Source: an uncultured Planctomycetales bacterium
GTDB lineage: Bacteria > Omnitrophota > Gorgyraeia > Zapsychrales > JAHFFX01
Assembly (NCBI GenBank): GCA_964612665.1
Contig: CAZTCI010000002.1
Span: forward strand, 83,659-147,658
DNA length: 64,000 bases
Reading direction: 5' to 3'
The position numbers and the translations under genes were made by a program. This document shows positions 9,437 to 19,595 of the stretch, in pieces; position 1 is the first letter of the stretch, and each line of letters opens with the position of its first letter. A model generated the notes under the pieces. The model ran no database searches, was not told the origin of the DNA, and saw only the letters and a list, made by a program, of their open reading frames with translations.

Positions 9437-11042
9437 AAAAGAGAAACAAGGATTACTTGAGAAATTTAATAGCGGTGTAGATCGCGCCATTGGCATTTTT
9501 TCTCCTAAGAGGGAGCTTGAACGCCGGATGTGCCGAATGGCTAATACGTTTGCTATGCGGGGAAGTTATGAGGGCGCCAGGCGTGATCCGGCCAGGGCCG
9601 ATTGGTTACCGCGTGGCGGATCTGCGGATGAGGACATTCTTGATGATCTTCCCATGTTACGTCAGCGTAGTCGGGATTTAGACCGTAATGATGCGATCGC
9701 GTCTGGAATAAGTTCGACCATGGTTTACAACGTTATTGGACACGGCATGTGCCCGCAGAGCCAAATAGATAAAGACAGGATAGGCCTGGATGATGCGTCA
9801 GCAACAAAATTTCAAAGTGACATAGAAAAAGTCTGGGAGCGCTGGACCCCGTTTGCTGACACGGGTGGTCGCATGAGTTTTTGGGAAATGCAGCAGGTGA
9901 TTATTCGGCAAATCATCATGAACGGGGAAGTTATCTTTTTAAGGGAGTCAATAACTGATGAGCCGTGGAGGCCGTATAACCTGGCTTTTAACATGGTTGA
10001 GGCAGACCGTCTTGATACGCCATCGGATAAATTAGCGGATAAATCCATCAGAAGAGGTGTTGAATTAGGAGATCGCGGGCAGCCGGTAGCTTATTGGATA
10101 TGCAACACGCACCCGGGGGATTTTACTTATTCTAAACGTGCCCCTGATTCTAAACATTACGTCCGTTTTCCCATCAGAAGCCCCTACGGGCAGCTTAATG
10201 CTATGCATCTTTATTGGATGAAACGCCCAGGGCAGACGCGTGGAGAGCCATTCTTGGCACCTGTTTTAAATAAATTTAAAGATTTGGCGGATTATATGGA
10301 AGCGGAATTGATTGCTAATAAAATTGCTGCCTGTTTCGCGCTTTTTATCAGACAAAACAATCCGTATGACTCGGCTTTAAAAGCAACCACGAGAACAGAG
10401 AACAGCAAAAGGATTGAAGAACTATATCCAGGCCTTATTGAGAGGTTGGGTCCTGGTGAGGAGGTACAAACAGTTAATCCGACCAGGCCTGGTGCTCAAT
10501 TCGACCCCTTTGTAGACAAAATTTTGTGTTTTATAGGTGCGAGTATTGGATTGCCCCGAGAGCTTATCTTAAAAGATTTCGGTAAATCTAATTATTCAAA
10601 TACTAGAGCCGCAATCTTAGAAGCCAGAAAAATGTTTAAGTCCAAACAATTATGGCTATCTGAAAAATTCTGTCAGCCGGTATTTAACTTGCTGGTGGAA
10701 GAAGCATTTTTGCGTGGGGAGATTAAAGCGCCTAATTTTTATCAATTTCAACAGGATTATAGTCGTTCCAAATGGATCGGTCCTGGATGGGGATATATTG
10801 ACCCCGAGAAAGAAATCAACGCGGCAACAGAGGCAGTTGCCAATAATCTATCGACGCTGGCAGATGAGTGCGCCGCGCATGGTAGGGATTGGGAAGATGT
10901 TCTTATTCAACGTCAGCGCGAAGAGAATATGAAAAAAGATTTAGGAATCCCCGATGCCAATGCGCCTAACACAACGATTACCATTGGTCGCAATGGCAAG
11001 CCGTCTAACCAAGGAGATCCCAATGCACAAGAAAGTCAATGA
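9426..11042 (+). CDS. portal protein, lambda gpB family
   Basis: N-terminal region (DWLPRGGSADEDILDDLPMLRQRSRDLDRNDAIASG) matches the lambda-family portal signature; 538 aa. Confidence 0.85.
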   Translation: MSVKKEKQGLLEKFNSGVDRAIGIFSPKRELERRMCRMANTFAMRGSYEGARRDPARADWLPRGGSADEDILDDLPMLRQRSRDLDRNDAIASGISSTMVYNVIGHGMCPQSQIDKDRIGLDDASATKFQSDIEKVWERWTPFADTGGRMSFWEMQQVIIRQIIMNGEVIFLRESITDEPWRPYNLAFNMVEADRLDTPSDKLADKSIRRGVELGDRGQPVAYWICNTHPGDFTYSKRAPDSKHYVRFPIRSPYGQLNAMHLYWMKRPGQTRGEPFLAPVLNKFKDLADYMEAELIANKIAACFALFIRQNNPYDSALKATTRTENSKRIEELYPGLIERLGPGEEVQTVNPTRPGAQFDPFVDKILCFIGASIGLPRELILKDFGKSNYSNTRAAILEARKMFKSKQLWLSEKFCQPVFNLLVEEAFLRGEIKAPNFYQFQQDYSRSKWIGPGWGYIDPEKEINAATEAVANNLSTLADECAAHGRDWEDVLIQRQREENMKKDLGIPDANAPNTTITIGRNGKPSNQGDPNAQESQ

Positions 11043-12447
11043 GCTGGTTTTTTTAAGGCCATGGGCAATGAAGCAAGATACGTTGATAGCGATGACTGAA
11101 ATTGTCGAACGCCATCTTAATGGAGTCAAACTTTCTCAAGATGAAATTGCAGCAAAGATTGGAGCTGATAAGAACGAACCGCCGGCTTATGAAGTGATTA
11201 ACGGTGTAGCCAATATTCCAATTTTTGGAGTGATCGCAAAGCGTGCTGGCATGGTCGGAAGTATTTCGCAGCCGCGCGGGACATCAGTTGAGCAGATTCA
11301 AAATGATTTTCTTGCAGCTTTGGAGGATCCAAAGGTTAATAGCATTTTGCTTAATATTGACAGCCCTGGGGGAAGTGTTGCCGGCATTCTGGAATTATCA
11401 GATTTAATTTATCAAGCACGTGGGCAGAAGCCGGTTGTGGCTTTTGCTAATGGTCAGATGGATTCGGCAGCTTATTGGTTAGGTTCGTCAGCGGAGAAAA
11501 TATTTACCACAAAGAGTTCAGAGGTTGGTTCCATCGGTGTTTATACCGTGATCAGTGATTATTCAATTCTTTATCATAACGAAGGGATAAAGAAACAAGT
11601 TATTAAAGCCGGTAAATTCAAGGCAGCCGGCGATCCGTCAAAACCATTAACAGAGGAGGAAAAAAATTTAATTCAGGAAGAAGTTAATTCTTATTACGAC
11701 CTTTTTGTTGAGGCTATTGCGCGTAATCGCGGTTTGGCCATGGATAACGTTTTAAAGGTCGCTGATGGCCGTGTTTTTATTGGCCAGAAGGCCGTTGATG
11801 CGGGACTGGCAGATGGTATCCGTACATTTGAGGATCTCTTAGGGCGCGGATCATCAGCTGCAGGTGGAAGAGGGACAAAGACCAAAGTAATCGCTAGTTC
11901 AGATGGCGTTCAGATAGAGACACAAGGGAATTTAGATAAAAATCACAAACAGGAGGAAGAAAAAATGCAATTAACAATCGAGAAAGTCAAAGCAGAGCAT
12001 GCAGCGGTTGCGGATGCTCTTTTACAGGAAGGTAAAGCAGCCGGCATTGAAGAAGGAAAAGTTATAGGGATCGAAGAAGGTAAGAAGATCGGTATTGAAG
12101 AGGCCAAAAAAGCTGCAGCTGCGGAAGCTGTCGCTGCCGAGAAAGTACGTTGTTCGGCGATTCTTGAATCCATGCCTCCAGGTGCCAGAAGTATTGCTGC
12201 TACCGCGATCAAGGAAGGATTAAGTGTGGAGGCTTCCAAAGCCAAATTTTTGGATGCCATCAATGCAGGCACCATCAAATCAATCGGTGATGGTGGAGGG
12301 GAAGAAGCTTTAAATGCTGCAGAAGCTGCCGCTGGCAGCGACCCAACCGGCAAGAAGCATCTGGAACGCGCAGAGAAATATGCCAAGGAAAACAATTGCG
12401 ATGTCGTCACAGCTTTAAAGGCAACCGCAAAACCAAATAAGCAATAA
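11023..12447 (+). CDS. prohead protease (S49/SppA family, gpC-like) with C-terminal Ala/Glu-rich scaffold-like domain
   Basis: NIDSPGGSVAG...GQMDSAAYWLGSSAEKIF S49 peptidase motifs; C-terminal EEGK repeats and AAAAEA scaffold-like coiled coil; start MHKK overlaps portal end. Confidence 0.8.
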   Translation: MHKKVNELVFLRPWAMKQDTLIAMTEIVERHLNGVKLSQDEIAAKIGADKNEPPAYEVINGVANIPIFGVIAKRAGMVGSISQPRGTSVEQIQNDFLAALEDPKVNSILLNIDSPGGSVAGILELSDLIYQARGQKPVVAFANGQMDSAAYWLGSSAEKIFTTKSSEVGSIGVYTVISDYSILYHNEGIKKQVIKAGKFKAAGDPSKPLTEEEKNLIQEEVNSYYDLFVEAIARNRGLAMDNVLKVADGRVFIGQKAVDAGLADGIRTFEDLLGRGSSAAGGRGTKTKVIASSDGVQIETQGNLDKNHKQEEEKMQLTIEKVKAEHAAVADALLQEGKAAGIEEGKVIGIEEGKKIGIEEAKKAAAAEAVAAEKVRCSAILESMPPGARSIAATAIKEGLSVEASKAKFLDAINAGTIKSIGDGGGEEALNAAEAAAGSDPTGKKHLERAEKYAKENNCDVVTALKATAKPNKQ

Positions 12448-12495
12448 GGTTCTTTTAGGTATAGCTTTTTAAAAAATTAACAGGAGGGATAAAAA

Positions 12496-13221
12496 ATGTC
12501 TCAAGAAAATCATGGAGTTAAAACGCTTCTCACAAGTGCCGATTTATTAGTGTATCGCCGTTTAAAACTCGACGGCTCGCAAAATTATGTTTATGCCAAT
12601 GCGGGTGAAGAGTTTGTTGCTGTTTCAACCGATAACACCTTAAATGGTCAGCCCCAAGGTGGTGCTCTTCGCACATCTGCCAGGACTTTTAAGATGACTG
12701 CATCGGGTGTCATTGCTGCAGGTGCCACCATTTACGGCGATATTAACGGAAAAATTAGCACAACCGTTTCCGGTAATCCTATTGGTATCGCTCTTGAAGC
12801 TGCAACGGCAGACGGCGATATCATCGAATGTTTTTTAAATAATGGTGCTGCTGGGACCCTCGATGGGGCTAGTACCGGTATCGTTGCCGATGGCGGCAAT
12901 GGTGCGTTTCCGGTGATTTTTGCCAAGCAGGGGATCACCGATGCGTCTGGTGCAGGTGTGACCATTGTGACCGCACCTTATAAATTCAGGATTATCAATT
13001 GGTGGGTTGTTGCACGCGACACAACGGCTGCCAACGTGAAGTTAAATAATAACGGAACTGACGCAACCGCAAATATCGCCAAAGGTACTGTTAATGACAC
13101 CATTGTGCCAGGCGGTACGATTGTCGCGGCTCAAAAAGATGTTCTGGCTGCAAGTCCATTAAAAGCCATTGCGTCTGTTGCTGGGGCTTTCGATGTATTT
13201 GTCATGGTTATCAAGGTCTAA
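12496..13221 (+). CDS. head decoration protein-like (gpD/DUF2190-like), two-domain
   Basis: Gly/Ala/Thr-rich beta protein located between protease and major capsid; strong RBS aggagg upstream. Confidence 0.4.
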   Translation: MSQENHGVKTLLTSADLLVYRRLKLDGSQNYVYANAGEEFVAVSTDNTLNGQPQGGALRTSARTFKMTASGVIAAGATIYGDINGKISTTVSGNPIGIALEAATADGDIIECFLNNGAAGTLDGASTGIVADGGNGAFPVIFAKQGITDASGAGVTIVTAPYKFRIINWWVVARDTTAANVKLNNNGTDATANIAKGTVNDTIVPGGTIVAAQKDVLAASPLKAIASVAGAFDVFVMVIKV

Positions 13222-13267
13222 TTTAAAACGGAATTAAACCAAAGATTCTTAAACAGGAGGTATTTCA

Positions 13268-14227
13268 ATGATTCTTCAAGTCGGACAACGCGCCACACCG
13301 CGCCTGGATTTAGGTGCTGCATTCATGCAGTATATGCAAAATAACAACGATTTTATTGGGCTTAATGTTTTCCCCATCTTTGGTTCTCAATTGATGGCGG
13401 CTTATTTCCCAGCCATTACCCGCGAAAGTATTTTACGTCGGGCGACGACCAAAAGGGCCCCGGGCGGTAAGTATAACCGGGATGGTTTTGAAACGGTGGA
13501 TATCCCCTTTAGCTGCGTTGAAAACGGCTTGGAAGGGGTTGTGGATGATGCAAAAAGGAATTTGTATCAGAGTTCCTTTGACGCGGAATTGGTTCACACC
13601 CAAATCTTAGGACGCCGTCTTTTGATCGAACAAGAAGTAAGAATTAAAACTTCGGTTATTAATACCACGGTCTTCACAGGCACACCCTTTTATAAGGACA
13701 ATTCTGCAAATCCTTGGACGACTGTGGGAACGGATGTACGCAGTCAGGTTACTTTTGCCAGAGAGAAAGTTCGCTCTAACTGCGGCATGTCGCCAAATGC
13801 TCTGATCATCACACAGAACAATTTGGATGCATTAAAGGTTAATTCTCAAATCACCGATGCCATCAAATACACCGCGCGATTGACCGATGCTGAAATCGTC
13901 AATGCCTTGGCAGATTTCTTTGGCATTCAAAAAGTGTTGATCGCCAAAGCAGTATACAACGGTGCCAAAGAAGGCCAAACATTCGCAGGTTCCTATATCT
14001 GGGATGACAACTATGTCTTCTTAGGTGTTGTTTCCAGCGATACAAGCGGCTCATTAACGGATCCCGCTATCGGACGCACGATTCTTTGGGAGCAAGATTG
14101 TCCTGATAACGTGCATGCCGAAAGTTACCGCGAAGAATCTTCCCGCGGTGATGTCATCCGTGTACGTCAATTCACCCAAGAGTTAATGATCGATAAGTAT
14201 TTCGGTTTCTTAATGAAGGTTCGCTAA
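13268..14227 (+). CDS. major capsid protein (lambda gpE-like family)
   Basis: 319 aa in the lambda E position, RBS aggagg, followed by a strong terminator. Confidence 0.65.
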   Translation: MILQVGQRATPRLDLGAAFMQYMQNNNDFIGLNVFPIFGSQLMAAYFPAITRESILRRATTKRAPGGKYNRDGFETVDIPFSCVENGLEGVVDDAKRNLYQSSFDAELVHTQILGRRLLIEQEVRIKTSVINTTVFTGTPFYKDNSANPWTTVGTDVRSQVTFAREKVRSNCGMSPNALIITQNNLDALKVNSQITDAIKYTARLTDAEIVNALADFFGIQKVLIAKAVYNGAKEGQTFAGSYIWDDNYVFLGVVSSDTSGSLTDPAIGRTILWEQDCPDNVHAESYREESSRGDVIRVRQFTQELMIDKYFGFLMKVR

Positions 14228-14250
14228 TTAAGCGTCCTTTTTAGAGGAGA

Positions 14251-14290
14251 CCCCGGAGGCCTTTAAAAGGGCTTCCGGGGTTTGAGTTAT
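14251..14290 (+). terminator. rho-independent terminator after the major capsid gene
   Basis: CCCCGGAGGCC-tttaaaag-GGCTTCCGGGG followed by tttgagtt. Confidence 0.65.
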
Positions 14291-14639
14291 GAGCTTTAAA
14301 GATGAAATGAAAAACGATTCTGTGAATGTTTTCTTAAATAGCGGTCAATTCGCGGAAACCGTGACTTATACCAAAGATGGCGAGGTGGGCAAACAAATCC
14401 AAGCGATTGTCAATCGCAAGCCGCAGCAGCCAGCCACCGAGGATAATGCGCGAATCGGAGTTAACGATTTCGAGATGTATATTTCGACGGACTGGCTGTT
14501 AGGCATTGATAACATTCGCAGGGGCAAGGATAAAGTTACGCTCGCAATTTATGAAGGATCTCCACAGATGTGCGACTGCTTAGTTGTGGAGGTTTTGGAA
14601 TCAGATCAGGCGATGTGGCACTTGGTTATCAGACGATGA
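14289..14639 (+). CDS. head-tail connector/adaptor protein (putative)
   Basis: 116 aa, position after the capsid gene, ATGA-overlapped with the next gene. Confidence 0.3.
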   Translation: MSFKDEMKNDSVNVFLNSGQFAETVTYTKDGEVGKQIQAIVNRKPQQPATEDNARIGVNDFEMYISTDWLLGIDNIRRGKDKVTLAIYEGSPQMCDCLVVEVLESDQAMWHLVIRR

Positions 14640-15283
14640 GCGACTTAAAAATTCAAGCTAATACAGAAAATGTTCGTACGGTAATTAAGAAATTTCCGTA
14701 TGCCGTCAAATTGGCATTAGCGGATGGTCTTGATCACGGGACGCGCAGTTTTTTTAGTACATTTTATAAAACAAGGTTACAAGGGCCGCCAGGAGTACGT
14801 GCGACACCGGGAGGTATATTTCATCGATTTAGGCGTGTTACTACAGTTGCAGGTAAACCTGTTTTCTTAAGGCAAAGCGCATCACAAACAGAAACAGTAC
14901 GCACGATTGCAAAATCAGCCAAAAATCCGATGAATATGAAAATTGATATTTATACGACTTCAAAGGCAGCCGGAATACTTGAGACCGGTGGGGTGATCAG
15001 ATCATCCCACGGTATGCCGATACCATTAAATGATGAAGCCAAGGCTATGAAGAAAAGTAATCCAGACGCTATTCAAAATTTGGATTTCATCGTTGAGAAG
15101 GGCAAGATTTTTTTAGGAAGAAAGCGGGGATTTCTGGGGCAGCCGCAGCGGCTTTTCATATTATCTCATTCAGTCAGGATCAACCCGCATTTAGGATTTT
15201 ATTCGACGTGGGATGCACATTTAGGACGCTTTGATCAAATTATGGACGATGCCCTTGATGATGCTTTAGACAAGGTCAATTAA
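14636..15283 (+). CDS. hypothetical phage neck/head-completion protein
   Basis: Start MSDLKIQ overlaps the previous stop (ATGA); position in the neck module. Confidence 0.3.
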   Translation: MSDLKIQANTENVRTVIKKFPYAVKLALADGLDHGTRSFFSTFYKTRLQGPPGVRATPGGIFHRFRRVTTVAGKPVFLRQSASQTETVRTIAKSAKNPMNMKIDIYTTSKAAGILETGGVIRSSHGMPIPLNDEAKAMKKSNPDAIQNLDFIVEKGKIFLGRKRGFLGQPQRLFILSHSVRINPHLGFYSTWDAHLGRFDQIMDDALDDALDKVN

Positions 15284-15285
15284 AA

Positions 15286-15750
15286 ATGACAACGGTTCGT
15301 GAAAATATTGTGGCTCAAATCCAAACCATGCTTGGGGCTATAAAGCAGGTTAATGGATACGTCAATGATATCGCAGTTGTCGAAAGATGGCAGCAGCGCG
15401 GTAATTCGCTTGTTAATACGCCGCTCATTGTCATTGTGCCTGGCGAAGAAATAAAAAACCCAGAAGCTAATCCTTTTTATTTGTGTCACCTGCCGATCGC
15501 ATTAGATACATGGATATGTCATGACGAAGCGGACTTAAGTCAGTCAACAGATCAGATCGTTAATAGCATTCTGGGAGATATCGAAAAGTGCTTGATGAGC
15601 GACCCAACATTAGGTGGATATGCACAGGATGCTCTATTTAAAAGCAATACCCAGTTTCAGGGAGCGCCGGGACAGCCGTATGCCGGCATTGTCATCATCC
15701 TTGAAGTTTTATACCAACATCGGATAACAGATTCTACTCAATCGGTTTAA
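15286..15750 (+). CDS. tail terminator/tail completion-like protein (putative)
   Basis: 154 aa immediately upstream of the major tail gene. Confidence 0.3.
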   Translation: MTTVRENIVAQIQTMLGAIKQVNGYVNDIAVVERWQQRGNSLVNTPLIVIVPGEEIKNPEANPFYLCHLPIALDTWICHDEADLSQSTDQIVNSILGDIEKCLMSDPTLGGYAQDALFKSNTQFQGAPGQPYAGIVIILEVLYQHRITDSTQSV

Positions 15751-15762
15751 CAGGAGGGCGAG

Positions 15763-16902
15763 ATGTTAACAAGAAAAAGACAAGTGGTCTGCAAAATAGA
15801 AGCAGTTGAAGGTACAGCAGAAGCCTTGGCGATCGCAGATGCCAAGACGCTGGGGGTTAATCCAAAAATTACGCATGATGTGAAAATGTTTCAGCGTAAT
15901 CCAGCCCGTGCCACGCTGGGTGATCTGGGGCCTATTCCTGGCCAGCGGCCTGGTAAGTATACATTTGGCCTTGAAATTCGCGGCAGCGGAACGGCCATTA
16001 CCGCCCCCGATTGGGGGAAGTTAATGAAAGGCTGCGGGGCCAAGGAGAGCACCGTTAAGTCGATTACCATTGGTGCCGTTACCAATGGTCCTTTTCAACA
16101 TGGCGAAACGGTTACCGGTGGTACATCGACCGCAACAGGCCGCGTTATTTTAAATACGGCTAATGGCACGACGATCATCTACGTGGTTGTTTTAACCGGC
16201 ACATTTCAAAGTGCGGAGGTCATCACCGGTAATAAATCAGGTGCAACAGCAACCACAAGCTCAACAGCTACATCCGTGGGCATTGCCTATGAACCAGACA
16301 CAAACCCGCCAAGCTTAACCATGGCTAGTTATGAAGATGGCCTTGCCAAAACATTAAAAGGTTGTCGTGGTACTTTTAAGATGAATTTCAAGAGTGGAGA
16401 GGTACCGGTCATCGATTTTGATTTCAGCGGTGTGGAGGCGGGAGTTGCCAACACATCACTTTTCACTAATCCGGCTTATGAAGCTACGAAACCACCGGCA
16501 TTTTTGAATGCTAGTTTAACCAACGATGCAGTTGCGCTCAAGATTTCGGATCTTACCTTGGATGCGGGTATCACACTCGCAGGGGTAGATGATGTCAATG
16601 ATACTCGAGGAATTGCATCTTTTATCATTGGTCAGCGCATGGTGAGTGGGTCATTTACTGCCCGCATGGAATTGACAAGCACGCATGATTTTTATTCCAA
16701 ATTGTTTACTGGCGCTCTTATGGTTTTGGATTTCGCCTGGGGAAGTGTTAGCGGAGACAAATTCCGTTTTCAGGCGCCCAAGATTCAATACACCAAGAAT
16801 GATGACGCTGATCAAGGTGGATTAGCTGGCATCAAATGCGCGTTTGCAGTCACAGAAAGTGTTACCCCAGGAGATGATGGCTGGGTTTTATTGTGCCTTT
16901 AA
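15763..16902 (+). CDS. major tail tube protein (gpV-like position) with internal Gly/Thr-rich insertion
   Basis: 379 aa; RBS aggagg; precedes the G/GT chaperone pair and tape measure. Confidence 0.55.
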   Translation: MLTRKRQVVCKIEAVEGTAEALAIADAKTLGVNPKITHDVKMFQRNPARATLGDLGPIPGQRPGKYTFGLEIRGSGTAITAPDWGKLMKGCGAKESTVKSITIGAVTNGPFQHGETVTGGTSTATGRVILNTANGTTIIYVVVLTGTFQSAEVITGNKSGATATTSSTATSVGIAYEPDTNPPSLTMASYEDGLAKTLKGCRGTFKMNFKSGEVPVIDFDFSGVEAGVANTSLFTNPAYEATKPPAFLNASLTNDAVALKISDLTLDAGITLAGVDDVNDTRGIASFIIGQRMVSGSFTARMELTSTHDFYSKLFTGALMVLDFAWGSVSGDKFRFQAPKIQYTKNDDADQGGLAGIKCAFAVTESVTPGDDGWVLLCL

Positions 16903-16927
16903 TTAAACCTAAAAAAGAGAGGTCACT

Positions 16928-17353
16928 ATGTTTAAAGCAGTCGATGTGAAAGCCACTAAACGTTATGTATCACCGAATGATCCGAATAAGGACAATCCTA
17001 CGGTTTTTATCATTGGATCCATTGACCCTGCATTGCGCAGTTTTATCGATGGTAAATGTTCGGCCATTGAGATGGATGATAAAAACAAGTCAGCAAAAAG
17101 GTTGGTGAGGATCAACACCACCCAGTATTCGATGCTGACGTTTAAATATGGTTTGAGAGGTATTGAGAATTTCTTTGCTGCAGATGGTGTGACACCACTT
17201 TTCCTTGCTACCGGCAATCACAACATCGCCGGAGTTTCGTATCCATGCGTGACGGATGATTTCATTCCCTACTTTCATCCCGATTTGATCAGTGAAGTGG
17301 CAGATGAAATCGTTAAATTCCAAAGTCTAAATGGAGAAGAAATAAAAAACTGA
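16928..17353 (+). CDS. tail assembly chaperone (lambda gpG-like)
   Basis: 141 aa acidic protein directly upstream of tape measure; ends at slippery A_AAA_AAC. Confidence 0.55.
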   Translation: MFKAVDVKATKRYVSPNDPNKDNPTVFIIGSIDPALRSFIDGKCSAIEMDDKNKSAKRLVRINTTQYSMLTFKYGLRGIENFFAADGVTPLFLATGNHNIAGVSYPCVTDDFIPYFHPDLISEVADEIVKFQSLNGEEIKN

Positions 17354-17688
17354 TTCTGGCAGTTCGATTGTTCGATAACCAAGAGCAATCGAGCTGCCCT
17401 CGCTTAAAGCGGCATCCGGGTGCGGAGGATCTTGAATGTGACCCTAACGAATGCGAATACAGCATTTGGAATTTTCAGGGACAAGATTTTCAAGGTTGTC
17501 CGGTTAAGAATATCACCCAGCAAAGCGGGGATCTTATACGGATGTACAGGTTTTTTAAGAATGGTATCTTGCCTCGTTTCGGAGGACTTTTAGATCAGGG
17601 TAATCGATACATTGAAGCAATGGAGACAATTGACAGGGAAATTAACCTAATCGCCAAAGAAAAAGAAGCAAAGGAAGGGAATAAATAA
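17344..17688 (+). CDS. -1 frameshift extension of tail assembly chaperone (gpGT-like, T segment)
   Basis: Slippery heptamer aaaaaac at 17344-17350 just before the G stop; the -1 frame is open from 17350 to 17688 and ends overlapping the tape-measure start. Confidence 0.5.
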   Translation, partial: KKLILAVRLFDNQEQSSCPRLKRHPGAEDLECDPNECEYSIWNFQGQDFQGCPVKNITQQSGDLIRMYRFFKNGILPRFGGLLDQGNRYIEAMETIDREINLIAKEKEAKEGNK

Positions 17689-19247
17689 TGGCGGGTTCAA
17701 GGGTCTTAGAAATTATAGCCACCTTGCAAGATAAGGTCACAGACAAGATTGACCAAATGGAGCAAGGTTTTGGTCGTTTAGCCAAACAATTGCAAAGCAG
17801 CGGTCACCACGCGGTCATGATGGGTCGCACAATGGAACAGGTTGGCCGGTCAATGATTTTTACCGGTGCGGCTTTGACCGGTCCTTTGGCATTAGCATTT
17901 AATGCATCCGCACAGTATTCGCAACGGGTAGCTGATCAAATCGATAGGCTCAAAGGAACAACCGCGGCTTTTCAGTTAAGTTTGGCTAATGCCATGCTGC
18001 CAGTTATCGAGAGGTTCAATAATGTTTTGGCGTCTTTGGTGAATGCTTGGAATAGGTTAACACCGGCACAGCAAAATTCTATTGTTCAGACAATCTTTCT
18101 AACCGGCACTTTCTTAACTTTGGGCGGTACGATCGTTACAGTTGCGGGAGCTGTAGTCAAATTTATAGGAGAGTTGGAGAGGTTGACCGCGATGCAGCTG
18201 ATGTTTATTCAAAAGGCTGGAATGGTTGTGTTAGTGACCGCCGCTTGGATAGCAGCCATTGTGTTATTGATCGTATTCTGGGACAAACTTAAAGGAGTGG
18301 CCATACCAGTTTTAAATGGTATTCAGATCGCGATCGATATGGTGGCGATCGGTTTTCAGAAAATGTTGGCATTCGCAGTTGACGGCGCCATCAGGCTTAC
18401 AAACGCGTTAAGCGATGTCTTTATGGCCTTAGGCAGCGTTCAGGGACCCCAGCAGCAGATGTTTTTAGGTATTGCTAATGGCATGCAAAAAGCATCTGGT
18501 GCGCTGCATGTTTTTTATTCCGCACAGCAAAAAACAATTCTCGATTTGCAAAATAACATCACCAATATTCTGGTCACTGGTAAAGGCGCATTATCAACGG
18601 GCGTCGATTCCATGATCAGCAAAATCAAAAATCTTTTTGCCAATCTTAATAATGCTTTCAGTCAAAGCACCAACGTGAATGCGCCGATTAAATATTTTAA
18701 TGCTCTGCAGGAAATCGTACAGCAGACAGCGCAGTCAATGACTACCAGTTTTGGCGAGGGATTTTTCGATGTTATGACCGGTAACTTAAGCGATTTGAAA
18801 AATGTTTTTGCGAACTGGGGACAACAAATCTTGAAGATCATCGCGAACGTTTTAGCAAAATTGTTAATTCTTCACACAATCGGAACGATTGGAATTGGCG
18901 GAGGCAAAACGATAGCGTCCTTAATTATGCATTCGGGCGGCATGATTCAAAGGGCGCATAGCGGGATGCTTGCTTACGATGAGGTTCCGATTATCGCGCA
19001 GACCGGTGAGGCCGTATTATCCAGGCGTGCGGTCGCGACTTTAGGTGCAGACAATGTTAATCGTTTAAATAGTGGGCAGGGAATTGGCGGTGGTCAAAAT
19101 ACAACGGTGACCATTCAAATTAATCCGGTTATTCAAGCCTGGGATACCAGTGACATTATGCGTAATCGCAAGGCGATTTCAGCAGCAATTGCAGAGGATC
19201 TAAGAAGCAATGCACAAATTCGTCAAACAATCAGACAGTATTCATAA
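17688..19247 (+). CDS. tail tape measure protein
   Basis: 519 aa, alpha-helical, hydrophobic central segments, position after G/GT. Confidence 0.7.
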   Translation: MAGSRVLEIIATLQDKVTDKIDQMEQGFGRLAKQLQSSGHHAVMMGRTMEQVGRSMIFTGAALTGPLALAFNASAQYSQRVADQIDRLKGTTAAFQLSLANAMLPVIERFNNVLASLVNAWNRLTPAQQNSIVQTIFLTGTFLTLGGTIVTVAGAVVKFIGELERLTAMQLMFIQKAGMVVLVTAAWIAAIVLLIVFWDKLKGVAIPVLNGIQIAIDMVAIGFQKMLAFAVDGAIRLTNALSDVFMALGSVQGPQQQMFLGIANGMQKASGALHVFYSAQQKTILDLQNNITNILVTGKGALSTGVDSMISKIKNLFANLNNAFSQSTNVNAPIKYFNALQEIVQQTAQSMTTSFGEGFFDVMTGNLSDLKNVFANWGQQILKIIANVLAKLLILHTIGTIGIGGGKTIASLIMHSGGMIQRAHSGMLAYDEVPIIAQTGEAVLSRRAVATLGADNVNRLNSGQGIGGGQNTTVTIQINPVIQAWDTSDIMRNRKAISAAIAEDLRSNAQIRQTIRQYS

Positions 19248-19253
19248 AATAAA

Positions 19254-19595
19254 ATGGCCGACTTCGCATATTCTCCCGATTTTAATTACAAGGTAAAACC
19301 TCGTTATAACGTGCTGATTTCTACTTTTGAAAACAAAGTGGAACAGACACGCCTTAAATCATCAAAGAAATTGCGTTCCTATGAATTAACTTTCGCTAAT
19401 CGTAAAGATACGGAGATGACGGCGGTCAATACGTTTTTCGATACAAAGGCGGGATCGCTGCATACATTTACGGTCAATATTGAAGGTGTAGATATTTTGG
19501 GGAGGTTTGTAGAGGATTCTTTTTATTCGCAGCGTGTTGCTCCCAAAGTTTACACGTATGGATTTAATTTCCAGGAGGTAGCTTTTGCCAGTTAA
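19254..19595 (+). CDS. minor tail protein M-like
   Basis: 113 aa, position and size as lambda gpM. Confidence 0.55.
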   Translation: MADFAYSPDFNYKVKPRYNVLISTFENKVEQTRLKSSKKLRSYELTFANRKDTEMTAVNTFFDTKAGSLHTFTVNIEGVDILGRFVEDSFYSQRVAPKVYTYGFNFQEVAFAS

